Source: Phormidium sp.
GTDB taxonomy: Bacteria; Cyanobacteriota; Cyanobacteriia; Cyanobacteriales; Aerosakkonemataceae
DNA: 64,000 nt
Assembly (NCBI GenBank): GCA_051013385.1
Contig: CP143273.1
Span: 64,001-128,000, forward strand
Direction: 5' to 3'
Positions 48,603 to 59,096 of the stretch are shown piece after piece. Under the pieces are notes generated by a model that was given only the letters and a program-made list of their open reading frames with translations, searched no databases and was not told where the DNA came from. Position numbers and translations under genes: made by a program. Within the stretch, counting starts at the first letter, position 1. The number at the start of each line of letters is the position of its first letter.

Positions 48603-49124
48603 TCAAGGATTTTGCTCAGTTAAATTTTGGGGAAAAACATAAATAACACCGGAAATCAAAGTGAAAACAACAGAAATCCAAAAAACAATTAAAACCGGAG
48701 TTTGCCAAACTGGGGGTAAAGGTGCGATCAGAAGGGCGATCGCCAAAATTTGACTGACAGTTTTTAGTTTACCCCAAATATTTGCGCCGGAAATTTTAGT
48801 TTGATTAACGCGCCAACCTGCGATCGCTAATTCTCGCGCCAAAATTAAAAACACACCCCAAGCAGGTATTTGACCTAATTCTATCAGCGTTAATAATGGC
48901 CCTAATACCAGCAGCTTATCGACTAAAGGATCGAGAAACTTTCCTAGATCTGTAACTTGGTTAAGTTTTCTTGCTAAATAGCCATCCAGCCAGTCTGTAC
49001 CAGCAGCTATAAGAAAGATTACCAAACATATCCAACGACTTGAAGTACTTGGATAATGTAAACCATAGAGTATAAAGGGCAACCCCAAAAGACGAGACAG
49101 AGTGATCCAGGTCGGAATAGTCAT
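48603..49124 (-). CDS. pgsA: CDP-diacylglycerol--glycerol-3-phosphate 3-phosphatidyltransferase
   Basis: TDWLDGYLARK..LGKFLDPLVDK, RELAIAGWR, GKLKT. Confidence 0.93.
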   Translation of the reverse strand: MTIPTWITLSRLLGLPFILYGLHYPSTSSRWICLVIFLIAAGTDWLDGYLARKLNQVTDLGKFLDPLVDKLLVLGPLLTLIELGQIPAWGVFLILARELAIAGWRVNQTKISGANIWGKLKTVSQILAIALLIAPLPPVWQTPVLIVFWISVVFTLISGVIYVFPQNLTEQNP

Positions 49125-49271
49125 ATATTGGTTAATAGGAGATTCTTCGCTTTAAGTAGAACAGTGAGGAGACAAAACAGTGGAGGAGTATGAAACATGA
49201 ACCGCAATAATTATAGGAAACATCTGAGCACAATATCTGTAAACATCCAAAAAACTTAAAGAAAAATAACT

Positions 49272-49802
49272 ATGCAAAACCGTTGGGCAGATCAAAAACT
49301 GAAAACTTGTCAAGCATCATTAATCTGTTTAGAAGCAGCTTGGAAACAATATCAACAAGCTACCAAAGGCATCAAGGAAGCCATAGCTGACGGAATGCCG
49401 ATCGCTGTATTAGAACAAACATATCCCTTAAATTGGGAAAAAGTTTGGCAAGCAATTCGGCGCAACAAATCCTGGGGACAGAAATCATACCAATTATGGA
49501 AATGGTTGCACCAAGGAGAAGTAATTCAGCAACACTTAATGCAAATTGAATTACTCATGGCTGATTACCGATTACAATTACATAACTCCGGCAAAAACGC
49601 CACAGAATTTTGGCAGGGATACGCCGAAGGCAAAGTTCTTTGTCGTACACCTTGCGAAGAATCACCAAAAATTAATGCTTATCCCACACCTTATCAAAAA
49701 GGAGTACTCTTGGGTTGGCGTTATGCCATAGTCAAGCATGAAATTCAAACCAGGCTTTATTGTTGCCGGAAAACTACAGCTGATTTGTTTACTTGGGGTT
49801 AA
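49272..49802 (+). CDS. Hypothetical protein
   Basis: 176-aa ORF with ATG; no recognised motif. Confidence 0.55.
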   Translation: MQNRWADQKLKTCQASLICLEAAWKQYQQATKGIKEAIADGMPIAVLEQTYPLNWEKVWQAIRRNKSWGQKSYQLWKWLHQGEVIQQHLMQIELLMADYRLQLHNSGKNATEFWQGYAEGKVLCRTPCEESPKINAYPTPYQKGVLLGWRYAIVKHEIQTRLYCCRKTTADLFTWG

Positions 49803-49805
49803 AAT

Positions 49806-51257
49806 TTGAATTCAAACAAACAAGGGGAAAATACCATTTCTATTTCTCATCAAAAACGCGCCTACTCTTTAGATGCGTTGCGCGGATTCGCGGTGTTAAC
49901 AATGGTGCTATCCGGGACAATTTCTTACCGAATATTACCCGCTTGGATGTACCACGCACAATTACCCCCGCCGACTCACGCTTCCAATCCTAATTTGCCC
50001 GGTTTAACCTGGGTTGATTTAGTTTTTCCTTTGTTTTTATTTGCGATGGGTGCATCTATTCCCTTAGCCTTTTCTCATCGGATTAAATCGGGAATTGCTA
50101 ACAAATTTAAGTTAATTTTGTATATTCTAAAAAGAGGCTTTTTTCTGGGCGCATTCGCTATATTTTTAGAGCATTTTCGACCAGGCAAAATCGCTGATAA
50201 TTCATTCCCAAATAAATGGTTAATTGCTTTAATTGGGTTTGTTATTTTATTTTTCATGTTTGCTCGCTTGCCAGCTAACTGGAGAAAAATTCCCCAACCC
50301 GCAACTACAATTGGCGCTTGGATTTTAGCAGTTATTATTATTTCGGGAATCCGTTATACTAATGGTATAGGTTTTTCTTTAGCACGCAGCGATATTATTT
50401 TAATTGTTCTTACAAATACGGCTGTTTTTGGTTCAATAATTTGGTTATTTACCAGATTTAATTTCAAATTGCGAGTGGGAATCCTGGGCTTATTATTTGC
50501 CCTCCGCTTATCTTCCACAGTTGCTAAAAGTTGGACTGCTGCATTGTGGGCATATTCTCCTGTACCTTGGTTATTTAAATTTCATTATTTATCTTATTTG
50601 TTTATCGTAATTCCCGGAACTATTGCCGGAGATTTAATTTTAACTTGGCTAGAAAAACCTAATTTAGATAACGATATAAATAGGAGACAGAATGATAAAT
50701 TATTAGCAATTACATTTGTCTTGTTAGCTAATATTTTAATCTTACTTATCGGGTTACAAGCTAGATGGCTATGGCAAACAACATTAGTTAGTGCAGCTAT
50801 TTCCTGTTTGGCTGGTTTTCTATTCGTTACCCCAAAAAATGAGACTGAAATTTTAATGCAAAAATTGTATTACTGGGGCGTTTATTGGTTGGCGTTGGGT
50901 TTACTTTTTGAACCTTACCAAGGGGGTATTAAGAAAGATCCGACTACTTACAGCTACTTCTTTTTAACTACAGGAATCGCCTTTTTTATGTTGATTATTT
51001 TTACGATATTAATAGATGTGTTTAAATTGCAAAAACCCCTACATTTGTTAATTGACAACGGACAAAACCCGATGATTGGTTATGTAGGATTTGCCAATTT
51101 AGTTTGGCCGATTTTTATCGCCTTGGGAATTGAAAGATTTGTGATTGCCAATGTGCAAACTCCTCTGCATGGGTTTCTCAAAGGAGTTTTTTACACTTTG
51201 ACTGTTGGCTATATTGTCAGTTTATTTACTAGGTTGAAACTGTTTTGGCGAACATAG
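49806..51257 (+). CDS. DUF5009/HGSNAT-like membrane acyltransferase
   Basis: RAYSLDALRG, LTWVDLVFPLFLFAMG, GIKKDPTTYSY, GQNPMIGY. Confidence 0.85.
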   Translation: MNSNKQGENTISISHQKRAYSLDALRGFAVLTMVLSGTISYRILPAWMYHAQLPPPTHASNPNLPGLTWVDLVFPLFLFAMGASIPLAFSHRIKSGIANKFKLILYILKRGFFLGAFAIFLEHFRPGKIADNSFPNKWLIALIGFVILFFMFARLPANWRKIPQPATTIGAWILAVIIISGIRYTNGIGFSLARSDIILIVLTNTAVFGSIIWLFTRFNFKLRVGILGLLFALRLSSTVAKSWTAALWAYSPVPWLFKFHYLSYLFIVIPGTIAGDLILTWLEKPNLDNDINRRQNDKLLAITFVLLANILILLIGLQARWLWQTTLVSAAISCLAGFLFVTPKNETEILMQKLYYWGVYWLALGLLFEPYQGGIKKDPTTYSYFFLTTGIAFFMLIIFTILIDVFKLQKPLHLLIDNGQNPMIGYVGFANLVWPIFIALGIERFVIANVQTPLHGFLKGVFYTLTVGYIVSLFTRLKLFWRT

Positions 51258-51395
51258 GAAAAATTACAAACTTAGGGCAGTTTTTAAGCCTGCTAAAGTA
51301 GCCGCTTCTTTTTGACCAAAAATAATCGGATACAAGCCCTGATGACCCCTCACTCCGAGAATATTGGCATAAGCGAAGCTTTAAAAGTCTGTATA

Positions 51396-51516
51396 CTGAG
51401 ATCTTGCACCAAGGTTAAAAACCGGGTTTCTTGCAAATGGTTAAATCTGAAAGCACTGGTTTTTTGTAAAGAAACCCGGTTTTTCAGGTCTTGTTGAGAA
51501 TGGTGCAAGATCTCAG
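51396..51516. mobile_element. 121-bp MITE with TIR CTGAGATCTTGCACCA, flanked by TATA
   Basis: Perfect 20-bp inverted match between 51392-51411 and 51501-51520, including the TATA flanks. Confidence 0.85.
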
Positions 51517-51615
51517 TATAGTTGCTAAAAATCTCTGAACTATATACAAATTTTTGCCAATTGCGTTAAATTAAGAAATGTAAAGATTTTCATGAAAAAG
51601 CAAAGTTAGGAATTT

Positions 51616-52269
51616 ATGGGAATATTCGGATTTGGCAAAAAACTTAGCTTACCTACTCCAGATCAAGCATTACCTGGACGTGAGGAAGCTATGGCTGTAC
51701 CTGCGCGTCATTTTGTTAATGGTAATCCTCTAAAACCGCCATTTCCAGAAGGAATGGAAAAGGTAATTTTTGGCATGGGTTGTTTTTGGGGCGCTGAACG
51801 CAAATTTTGGCAACAAGAAGGTGTATATACCACAGCAGTTGGTTATGCAGCTGGTATAACTCCTAACCCAACTTATCAAGAAGTTTGCACCGGAATGACG
51901 GGACATAATGAAGTTGTTTTGGTTGTTTTTGACCCCAAAGTAATTAGTTACGAATCACTTCTGAAGGTTTTTTGGGAAAGTCACGATCCGACTCAAGGAA
52001 TGCGTCAAGGTAACGATGTTGGAACTCAGTACCGTTCAGGAATTTATGTTTATTCCGAAACCCAAAAGCAATTAGCAGAAGCGGCAAAAGCAGCTTATCA
52101 AAAAGCGCTGAATGCTTCGGGTTATGGACAAATTTCCACTGAAATTCTTGATGCACCAGAATTTTATTATGCTGAAGCTTATCACCAACAGTATCTCGCT
52201 AAAAATCCTGGTGGGTATTGTGGTTTAGGCGGGACAAAAGTTTGTTTCCCAGAAACAACAACAGCTTAA
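51616..52269 (+). CDS. msrA: Peptide-methionine (S)-S-oxide reductase
   Basis: [32 protein letters not shown]. Confidence 0.96.
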   Translation: MGIFGFGKKLSLPTPDQALPGREEAMAVPARHFVNGNPLKPPFPEGMEKVIFGMGCFWGAERKFWQQEGVYTTAVGYAAGITPNPTYQEVCTGMTGHNEVVLVVFDPKVISYESLLKVFWESHDPTQGMRQGNDVGTQYRSGIYVYSETQKQLAEAAKAAYQKALNASGYGQISTEILDAPEFYYAEAYHQQYLAKNPGGYCGLGGTKVCFPETTTA

Positions 52270-52298
52270 AAGTTAACTAGAGGGGAAAGGATGGGATT

Positions 52299-52422
52299 CA
52301 ATACCGCTCGGTTTTTGAGTAGGGGCGAAGCATTCGGGCAACAATTTATGACTCAAACCCTAGATTTTCTGCCCGAATGCTTCGCCCCTACAAAGGGGAA
52401 AATCGTTAACCGAGCAGTATTG
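52299..52422 (-). mobile_element. Second, inverted copy of the 124-bp CAATAC MITE
   Basis: Near-identical reverse complement of 32196-32319; TSD GGATGGGATT at 52289-52298 and 52423-52432. Confidence 0.92.
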
Positions 52423-52555
52423 GGATGGGATTATTCCTTTTCCCTGTTTCTAACTTGATTAGGGTTAAATTTTATAGTTTTGGAGAAAATGGAACTGAGT
52501 AATGGGAGAATAAGTCTAAATCTGTAAGTAATTTTTATTGTAAGCAGGACTGAAA

Positions 52556-53041
52556 ATGAAAACGATCGGTTCGGTTTTGGCGATCGCCCTAAGTACCACA
52601 GCCTTAATTAACAGCACAACTGCGATCGCGCAAACTCCCACTACAAGAAGTCAGTTTTCCAGCGTCAGTGGTGTTGTCACCTATCGGCAAAGAATTGCTT
52701 TACCACCAGATGCCTTAGTGATTGTACAACTACAAGACGTATCTAAACAAGATGCCCCCGCAGTTGTAATTGGTCAACAAACTATTCCTACTCAACGTCG
52801 TCAAGTTCCCTTTCCCTTTGAAATTGTCTATAACCAAGACAGGATTAACCCAAAAAACACATATACGATTCAAGCAAGAATTATTGTTGATAATCGAGTG
52901 CGTTTCATTAATACAACTTCCTATCCAGTGATTACTAACGGCAATCCTAACAAAGTTGAAATTGTAGTAAATTCAGTGGGAACTTCTCCCCAACAAAAAA
53001 GTGTATTCTCCCGATTTGAACCATTAAATAAACCCCAATAA
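52556..53041 (+). CDS. YbaY/YscW-family secreted protein
   Basis: VSGVVTYRQRIALPPDA..LQDVSKQDAPA..QVPFPFEI. Confidence 0.88.
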   Translation: MKTIGSVLAIALSTTALINSTTAIAQTPTTRSQFSSVSGVVTYRQRIALPPDALVIVQLQDVSKQDAPAVVIGQQTIPTQRRQVPFPFEIVYNQDRINPKNTYTIQARIIVDNRVRFINTTSYPVITNGNPNKVEIVVNSVGTSPQQKSVFSRFEPLNKPQ

Positions 53042-53110
53042 TTTTGGGTAGGATTCATGGTTAATTAGGAGAAATAAATTTTTCTATTAACCATGAATCA
53101 TGTAACAGAA

Positions 53111-53305
53111 TTAACTGCGAGAAACTGCCGCAATAACTAAAGCAGCAATAAAGGGAATGATTATTGGTATAATCACAATCAATCCCCATTTGCCAAAACG
53201 AATTTCTTCACCTTCAGACTTGAGAAGTGCAATCCAAGCAGCCGTGCCCATAATTGCCCAAATAACACCAAAGGCGAGAAAAATTACAAACGTTGAATCT
53301 TCCAT
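53111..53305 (-). CDS. Small two-TM membrane protein
   Basis: Two hydrophobic helices in 64 aa. Confidence 0.6.
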   Translation of the reverse strand: MEDSTFVIFLAFGVIWAIMGTAAWIALLKSEGEEIRFGKWGLIVIIPIIIPFIAALVIAAVSRS

Positions 53306-53517
53306 TTCCGAAAATTTTGGTAAAACTACTACTTAAATTAGAGCGAATAATTTTATAAATACAAGGTTCGTTGTGAGCACTTCAGTGCTCAAGCGCTTCA
53401 GCGCTTACAACAGGCTTAAAAAGTAAAAACTGAGCTAGATTAGCCCAGTTTGTTTCTTAAGAGTTCAGTAAATTTTTAAACTTAATAATTTGACTTCTGT
53501 TTCCTGTGCCAACAAAA

Positions 53518-53736
53518 TTACATTACAACAGAGATTTCATTAACCATCTGCAAACGTCCGCGACGTACACCGTAAAGTAATCTATCTAAAATAGTTAGTT
53601 CTTCTTCACTCAAGCAACCTTCTAGAATAGCGGCTTTTATCCCGTAGCGATCGGCAAGGGTAATACGTCCAGAACTGATAGCTTCGGCAAATAAGTCATA
53701 AAGGGCGGTGGGGACGAGGTTGAGTTGGTGGGACAT
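53518..53736 (-). CDS. Small hypothetical protein
   Basis: ITLADRYG..LSEEE..DRLLYGVRRGR, a motif recognisable from cyanobacterial small proteins. Confidence 0.8.
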   Translation of the reverse strand: MSHQLNLVPTALYDLFAEAISSGRITLADRYGIKAAILEGCLSEEELTILDRLLYGVRRGRLQMVNEISVVM

Positions 53737-53873
53737 TGGGACTGGCTGAACTCTATGCTTTTATTATGGTGGTAAATTAAACCTAACTCGGTGATTACAC
53801 TGATGACAGGCTTGTGATAGTCATATACTCGGAAAAGCGATCGCGATCACAAACAGTTAATTGAGGTGAAAAC

Positions 53874-54299
53874 ATGAGCCCAGAAGAATTTATGAGAGTA
53901 GCTTTAGCAGAGGCGAAGCAAGGGGATGCGCCGTATGGTGCGGCGATCGTCAAGGATGGGGAAATTGCGATCGCCGCCCACAATACAGTCAAACGCGATC
54001 GCGATCCTTCCGCCCATGCGGAAATTAACGCCATTCGACTTTTAACTAAAAAGCTCAACAGCACTTCTTTGGAAGGTTACACTTTGTATACCACCTGCGA
54101 ACCTTGCCCAATGTGTGCTACAGCTTGCATTTGGGCTGGCATTTCTGAAATTATTATTGGCGCTTCCATTAAAGATTTAATCCACTTAGGCGTTTCCCAA
54201 ATTGACTTAAGTTGCGAAGAAATTATTGCTAAAAGTTTTCGCCAAATCAAAGTTAGTAAAGGGCTTTTAAAATCCGATTGCCTATCATTATTTAAATAG
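53874..54299 (+). CDS. Zinc-dependent nucleoside/guanine deaminase family protein
   Basis: PYGA, HAEINAIR, CEPCPMC. Confidence 0.9.
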   Translation: MSPEEFMRVALAEAKQGDAPYGAAIVKDGEIAIAAHNTVKRDRDPSAHAEINAIRLLTKKLNSTSLEGYTLYTTCEPCPMCATACIWAGISEIIIGASIKDLIHLGVSQIDLSCEEIIAKSFRQIKVSKGLLKSDCLSLFK

Positions 54300-54407
54300 A
54301 CTTTTTTCCCTATTTCTTAACCTTGCCTTGAACAAAAGCTACTTGTTTCTTAACCTAAATTCGTGGGTAAACTCAGGTTTGCGAGAAACACCTGTAAACT
54401 TAAAAGT

Positions 54408-55694
54408 ATGGCAGAACTTCAAGGATTCGGTTTATTACCCGCAGATACTTTTGCTGGTAGCCCTGCAAAACAACCAGTACAAGGGTTTAGTGCTGTGCAA
54501 TTTGCAGACAAAGTTTCTTTTTGGTTTTTGTCAGATAATGGATTTGGTAGTAAAACCAATAGTACTAATTATTTATTACGTTTGTATCGCCTAAAACCGA
54601 AATTTAGAGGTGCTAGCGGCGATGGTAGCGTCGAAGTAAAAGAATTTATTTCTTTGTCCGATCCTGATAATAAAATCCCTTTTACTATTGTTAATCAAGG
54701 CACAAAAGAAAGAGTATTAACTGGGGGAGATTTTGATCCTGAATCTTTTGTTTTTGCTGCTGATGGTACGATTTGGGTAGGCGAGGAATTTGGCCCTTAT
54801 TTGTTACATTTTGATCGCACAGGCAAACTTTTAACAGCACCAATTCCTACACCAAGTTTTGCCAATAAGGGAAGTTCGGAAAATATCCGATCGCCCGATC
54901 ACCCTGATGTTTTAGCAGGTAAAGCAACATCTAATTTGGAGCGTTCTAGAGGTTATGAAGGATTAGCAATTAATCCGAGTAAAACTAAATTATACGCTTT
55001 TTTAGAAGGAGCGGTAACTGGCGATCGACCTGATACACTGCGAATTAATGAATTTGATTTAGCTGCTAAACAATTTACTGGAATTGCTGGGCTTTATCGA
55101 CTAGAAGCAGAGGGAAATGCGATCGGAGATGTAGCAGTAATCAACGAGAATGAATATCTAGTTATCGAACGCGATACTAAACAAGGAAATGAGGCAGAAT
55201 TTAAGAAGATTTTTCAAATTAATTTAGCCCAAAAAAACGCTGATGGCTATGTTGCTAAAACCGAAATTGCCGACTTACTAAATATTCGCGATCGGCAAGA
55301 CTTAAACCGTGATGGTAGCACGAGTTTTCGCTTTCCTTTTGTGACGATCGAGAATGTTTTAGTGATTGAAAAAAATACTATTTTAGTTGCCAACGATAAT
55401 AACTTTCGAGGCGGTGCAGGACGACCACCAGAACCAGATCAAAATGAGTTTTTGCTGCTAAAATTAGAGCAAAGTCTAAATGTTGATCCGCGAGTGGGAA
55501 TTGGTGCAATTGAAGGAAAGCTTTTCGCTTCAGCTACCAAAAGTATTGATTTCGCTTCTGGGAGTTTAGCGGCTTTTTTGGTAGCAGTGATGATTTGGCG
55601 AATTATCAAGATGTGGAATTGGCGATCGCTCAATAAAGCCAAACCTTCATTTACTAGTAAAAACCCGCCACATAATAAACACAGTAAAACTTAA
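54408..55694 (+). CDS. Esterase-like activity of phytase family protein with C-terminal TM tail
   Basis: PVQGFSA, LSDNGFG, FDPES, EEFGP, GYEGLA, ANDNN. Start 54363 or 54408. Confidence 0.85.
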   Translation: MAELQGFGLLPADTFAGSPAKQPVQGFSAVQFADKVSFWFLSDNGFGSKTNSTNYLLRLYRLKPKFRGASGDGSVEVKEFISLSDPDNKIPFTIVNQGTKERVLTGGDFDPESFVFAADGTIWVGEEFGPYLLHFDRTGKLLTAPIPTPSFANKGSSENIRSPDHPDVLAGKATSNLERSRGYEGLAINPSKTKLYAFLEGAVTGDRPDTLRINEFDLAAKQFTGIAGLYRLEAEGNAIGDVAVINENEYLVIERDTKQGNEAEFKKIFQINLAQKNADGYVAKTEIADLLNIRDRQDLNRDGSTSFRFPFVTIENVLVIEKNTILVANDNNFRGGAGRPPEPDQNEFLLLKLEQSLNVDPRVGIGAIEGKLFASATKSIDFASGSLAAFLVAVMIWRIIKMWNWRSLNKAKPSFTSKNPPHNKHSKT

Positions 55695-55903
55695 ATAACC
55701 AAAAACAGTCAGCCAATCTGGCCAGTTATCAGAATTAATTAGCATTCGATCGTTCAAATTTTTTATTTCCTTATATATAGTACTTCTAAATCAGTTTCTT
55801 TCTTTGTGTCCTTCCTTCGTGTCCTTCGTGTAGCGTGCGCGTAGCGCGTAAGACACGAAGAGCGCGAAGGAAAGACGAAGAAGTTCAGAAAAAACATCAT
55901 TTT

Positions 55904-55944
55904 GTAACTTGTGTTACCGAAACTTGAAAATTTTGGTGTAGATT
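55904..55944 (+). promoter_or_regulatory. NtcA box with downstream -10 element
   Basis: GTA-ACTTGTGT-TAC (55904-55917), then TAGATT 21 nt downstream. Confidence 0.7.
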
Positions 55945-55969
55945 CAGAAGTAGAGAAACCAAAAATTAG

Positions 55970-56109
55970 TAGCTTCTAGGGTTCCGGTTTGGATAAAACG
56001 ACGAGAAAGTATAGCCAAACGCTGGTCCAAGAGAAGCAGCTGGCAAACCTCAGAATTTTTTATTTATAAGGATTAGCTAGCCACACGGCGGGAGAAAAGC
56101 CCGGGAGAA
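55970..56109 (+). promoter_or_regulatory. Guanidine-I (ykkC) riboswitch
   Basis: CTAGGGTTCCG..CTGGTCCAAGAG..ACACGGCGGGAGAAAAGCCCGGGAG upstream of gdmH. TTCTCCTGGGCTT near 56138-56150 can pair with the aptamer 3' end. Confidence 0.92.
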
Positions 56110-56215
56110 TGCACCAGTGAAAGACACTGAGGCTTTGTTCTCCTGGGCTTACTCTTTGGCTTTCAGGAGACAAGCTAGAAAATCTAGTTGTTTTGCAAAT
56201 ATTCAAGGTGTCCCA

Positions 56216-57421
56216 ATGACTGAGAATCCTTCAGAAAATCCTTTATTTCATAGCCCCAACTCTAATAACGGTCATAGACCAAGTGAAGCAGAACGCGCTT
56301 TAGAATTAGAAGCGCGGTTGCCGTTAACAGGTTGGCAGCAGGAAGTGTCGCAAGGGCTGGAATATGGGTTGGAAGCAGCTGAGAGTATTCGCGATCGCAC
56401 TATTCCCACTTTCTCTCGCGGCGAACTGCCCCACTACGCAGGCATCAACACCTTCATGAAAGCGCCTTATGTAGAAGATGTGCGTAAAGTTGGGGAATAT
56501 GATGTGGCAATAGTCGGTGTACCTCACGACTCAGGAACTACTTATCGTCCCGGTACAAGGTTTGGGCCACAGGGAATTCGCCGAATTTCTGCATTGTACA
56601 CTCCTTACAACTTTGAGTTAGGGGTTGATTTGCGCGAACAAATTACCCTGTGCGATGTTGGCGATATTTTCACCATTCCTGCAAATAACGAAAAGTCATT
56701 TGACCAAATTTCTAAAGGTATTGCTCACATTTTCAGTTCTGGCGCATTTCCGATTATTTTAGGCGGCGACCATTCGATCGGCTTCCCCACAGTCAGAGGT
56801 ATTTGTCGCCACTTGGGAGACAAAAAAGTTGGTATTATTCACTTCGATCGCCACGTTGACACCCAAGAAACCGACCTCGACGAAAGAATGCACACCTGTC
56901 CTTGGTTCCACGCTACCAACATGGTAAACGCCCCAGCGAAAAACTTAGTACAGTTGGGAATTGGCGGTTGGCAAGTTCCCCGTCAAGGCGTGAAAGTTTG
57001 CCGGGAACGCGCCACCAACATCCTCACCGTTACCGACATTGTAGAAAAAGGCATCGATGCCGCTGTTGATTTTGCCTTAGAACGGGCACTCGATGGAACT
57101 GACTGCGTTTACATCAGCTTCGATATTGATTGCATCGATGCGGGATTTGTACCCGGTACAGGTTGGCCCGAACCAGGCGGTTTATTACCCCGTGAAGCCT
57201 TAAGTTTGCTAGGGAAAATTGTGGAAAAAGCCCCAGTGTGCGGTTTAGAAGTGGTGGAAGTTTCCCCTCCCTACGACATCAGCGACATGACCTCACTCAT
57301 GGCAACTCGCGTAATTTGCGACACAATGGCACATTTAGTCCGCTCAGGTCAACTACCCCGCAAACAAAAACCCGCCTACATTCACCCAGAAGCACAACCT
57401 CAGCTTGTCGCCTGGACTTAA
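56216..57421 (+). CDS. gdmH: Ni-dependent guanidine hydrolase (arginase/agmatinase family)
   Basis: GGDHS, FDRHVD, MHTCPW, GGWQ, SFDIDCID; riboswitch plus hypAB plus ABC context. Confidence 0.9.
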   Translation: MTENPSENPLFHSPNSNNGHRPSEAERALELEARLPLTGWQQEVSQGLEYGLEAAESIRDRTIPTFSRGELPHYAGINTFMKAPYVEDVRKVGEYDVAIVGVPHDSGTTYRPGTRFGPQGIRRISALYTPYNFELGVDLREQITLCDVGDIFTIPANNEKSFDQISKGIAHIFSSGAFPIILGGDHSIGFPTVRGICRHLGDKKVGIIHFDRHVDTQETDLDERMHTCPWFHATNMVNAPAKNLVQLGIGGWQVPRQGVKVCRERATNILTVTDIVEKGIDAAVDFALERALDGTDCVYISFDIDCIDAGFVPGTGWPEPGGLLPREALSLLGKIVEKAPVCGLEVVEVSPPYDISDMTSLMATRVICDTMAHLVRSGQLPRKQKPAYIHPEAQPQLVAWT

Positions 57422-57423
57422 TG

Positions 57424-57815
57424 AGGCAGAGGGGCAGGGGGGCAGAGGGGCAGAGGGGCAGGGGGGCAGGGGAGCAGGGGAGCAGGGGGGCAGGGGAGCA
57501 GGGGAGCAGGGGAGAGGAAAATTCAAAACTTAAAACTCTCTCAACTTTCCCTAACTCAAAACTCAAAACTCAAAACTTAAAACTCTCCCAACTTTCCCTA
57601 ACTCAAAACTCAAAACTCAAAACTTAAAACTCTCCCAACTTTCCCTAACTCAAAACTCAAAACTCAAAACTTAAAACTCTCCCAACTTTCCCTAACTCAA
57701 AACTCAAAACTCAAAACTTAAAACTCCCCAAACTCTCCCTAACTCAAAACTCAAAACTCAAAACTCCCCAAACTCTCCCTAACTCAAAACTCAAAACTCA
57801 AAACTCAAAACTCCC
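57424..57815 (+). repeat. G-rich octamer array followed by higher-order tandem repeats of about 40-47 bp built from ACTCAAA
   Basis: Unit AACTTTCCCTAACTCAAAACTCAAAACTCAAAACTTAAAACTCTCCC repeated about six times with variation. Confidence 0.92.
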
Positions 57816-57821
57816 TAAGCT

Positions 57822-58205
57822 ATGCACGAAACAGACATGACCAAGGCGTTAATTGTAACTGTGCGGAAATGGTGGTCAGAACAACCAGAAAACCCCCAAA
57901 TTTCCCAGGTTCATCTTACAGTTGGCAAGTTTACTTGTGTGGAACCTGTGAGTTTACAATTCGCTTTTGAAGTTCAGACTCGCGGAACTTTTTTAGAGGG
58001 AGCAAAATTAGTTATTCAAGAAACTCCTTTAATTGCTTTTTGTCATCATTGCCAACAAGAATATAGCCCGGAAATCGGGATTCAATATGCTTGCCCGACT
58101 TGTCGATCGCCAATGGAAGACATTCGATCGGGCCGGGAATTAAAGATCGATCGAGTTGAATATAGTTCTGATTCTGTGGAAAATAATTATGCACCAAACA
58201 TTTGA
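57822..58205 (+). CDS. hypA: HypA-like nickel metallochaperone (GhaA-type)
   Basis: MHE start, CHHC and CPTC, SGRELKI. Confidence 0.92.
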   Translation: MHETDMTKALIVTVRKWWSEQPENPQISQVHLTVGKFTCVEPVSLQFAFEVQTRGTFLEGAKLVIQETPLIAFCHHCQQEYSPEIGIQYACPTCRSPMEDIRSGRELKIDRVEYSSDSVENNYAPNI

Positions 58206-58890
58206 CGCTGCTTTAGGAATTAATTTGCTCCATGCTAATCAAGAAGGGGCCGATCATAACCGCGAACATTTTGATGAGTGGGGAATTACTTGTTTTAATG
58301 TGATGAGTAGTCCCGGTGCCGGAAAAACTGCTTTGCTAGAAAAGACACTCGCTGTATTAACAAATGAGTATAAAATTGCGGTAATTGAAGGCGATATGAC
58401 AACGGAATTAGATGCCGATCGCCTCCGCAAATATAACGTTCCGGTAATTGCTATTAATACAGGTCGTTCCTGTCATTTGGATTCCAAAATGGTTTCTGGG
58501 GGAATTCATCGGTTAGCAAATGAATATAACCCTTCAGAATTTGATTTAATCTTAGTCGAAAACGTTGGTAATTTGGTTTGTCCTGCCGAATTTGAAGTAG
58601 GCGAACACGCCAAAGTTGCCTTATTAAGTATCACTGAAGGAGAAGATAAACCTCTGAAATATCCGGTGATGTTTCAAGAAGCAAATTGTTTATTAATCAC
58701 CAAAATGGACTTAGCACCCCATTTAGATGTTGATGTCAATCAAATTGTAGAAAATGTCCGCCAAATGAATCCTCATGTAACGATAATTCCTGTTTCTGCA
58801 AAAACTGAAGAGGGATTAGATATTTGGTTTGATTGGGTACGTTTTCAGTTAACTAAATCTGCAAAACAGCAATTATCAGTTGTTCATTAA
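58189..58890 (+). CDS. hypB: HypB-like GTPase nickel chaperone (GhaB-type)
   Basis: [35 protein letters not shown]. Confidence 0.93.
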   Translation: MHQTFDAALGINLLHANQEGADHNREHFDEWGITCFNVMSSPGAGKTALLEKTLAVLTNEYKIAVIEGDMTTELDADRLRKYNVPVIAINTGRSCHLDSKMVSGGIHRLANEYNPSEFDLILVENVGNLVCPAEFEVGEHAKVALLSITEGEDKPLKYPVMFQEANCLLITKMDLAPHLDVDVNQIVENVRQMNPHVTIIPVSAKTEEGLDIWFDWVRFQLTKSAKQQLSVVH

Positions 58891-58971
58891 TCTAGATCCC
58901 CGACTTCGCAGAAGTTGTCGGGGATCTGGAATCTAGATCCCCGACTTCGCAGAAGTTGTCGGGGATCTGGA
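58890..58971. repeat. Exact 41-bp tandem duplication of a palindromic unit
   Basis: ATCTAGATCCCCGACTTCGCAGAAGTTGTCGGGGATCTGGA twice. Confidence 0.88.
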
Positions 58972-59096
58972 GGGGATCTGGAGAAATTTGTAGCACAAGT
59001 AACAAAGCGGTGACTACTTTTTCTGCTACACATAATTCACAGCTATCAAAAAATATCAAATGACGAAATGACGAAATCTGTCTTAAGGTAGATGTT

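Noticed and set aside
53874..54299. Deaminase as part of the guanidine operon
   Set aside because: It lies upstream of the NtcA promoter and riboswitch and is separated by another gene; no supporting evidence.
57520..57815. Regular ~47-bp repeats resembling a CRISPR array
   Set aside because: No unique spacers, units are built from ACTCAAA heptamers, and no cas genes are present.
57822..58890. hypA/hypB as a hydrogenase maturation locus
   Set aside because: No hox, hup or other hyp genes nearby; context fits nickel loading of guanidine hydrolase.
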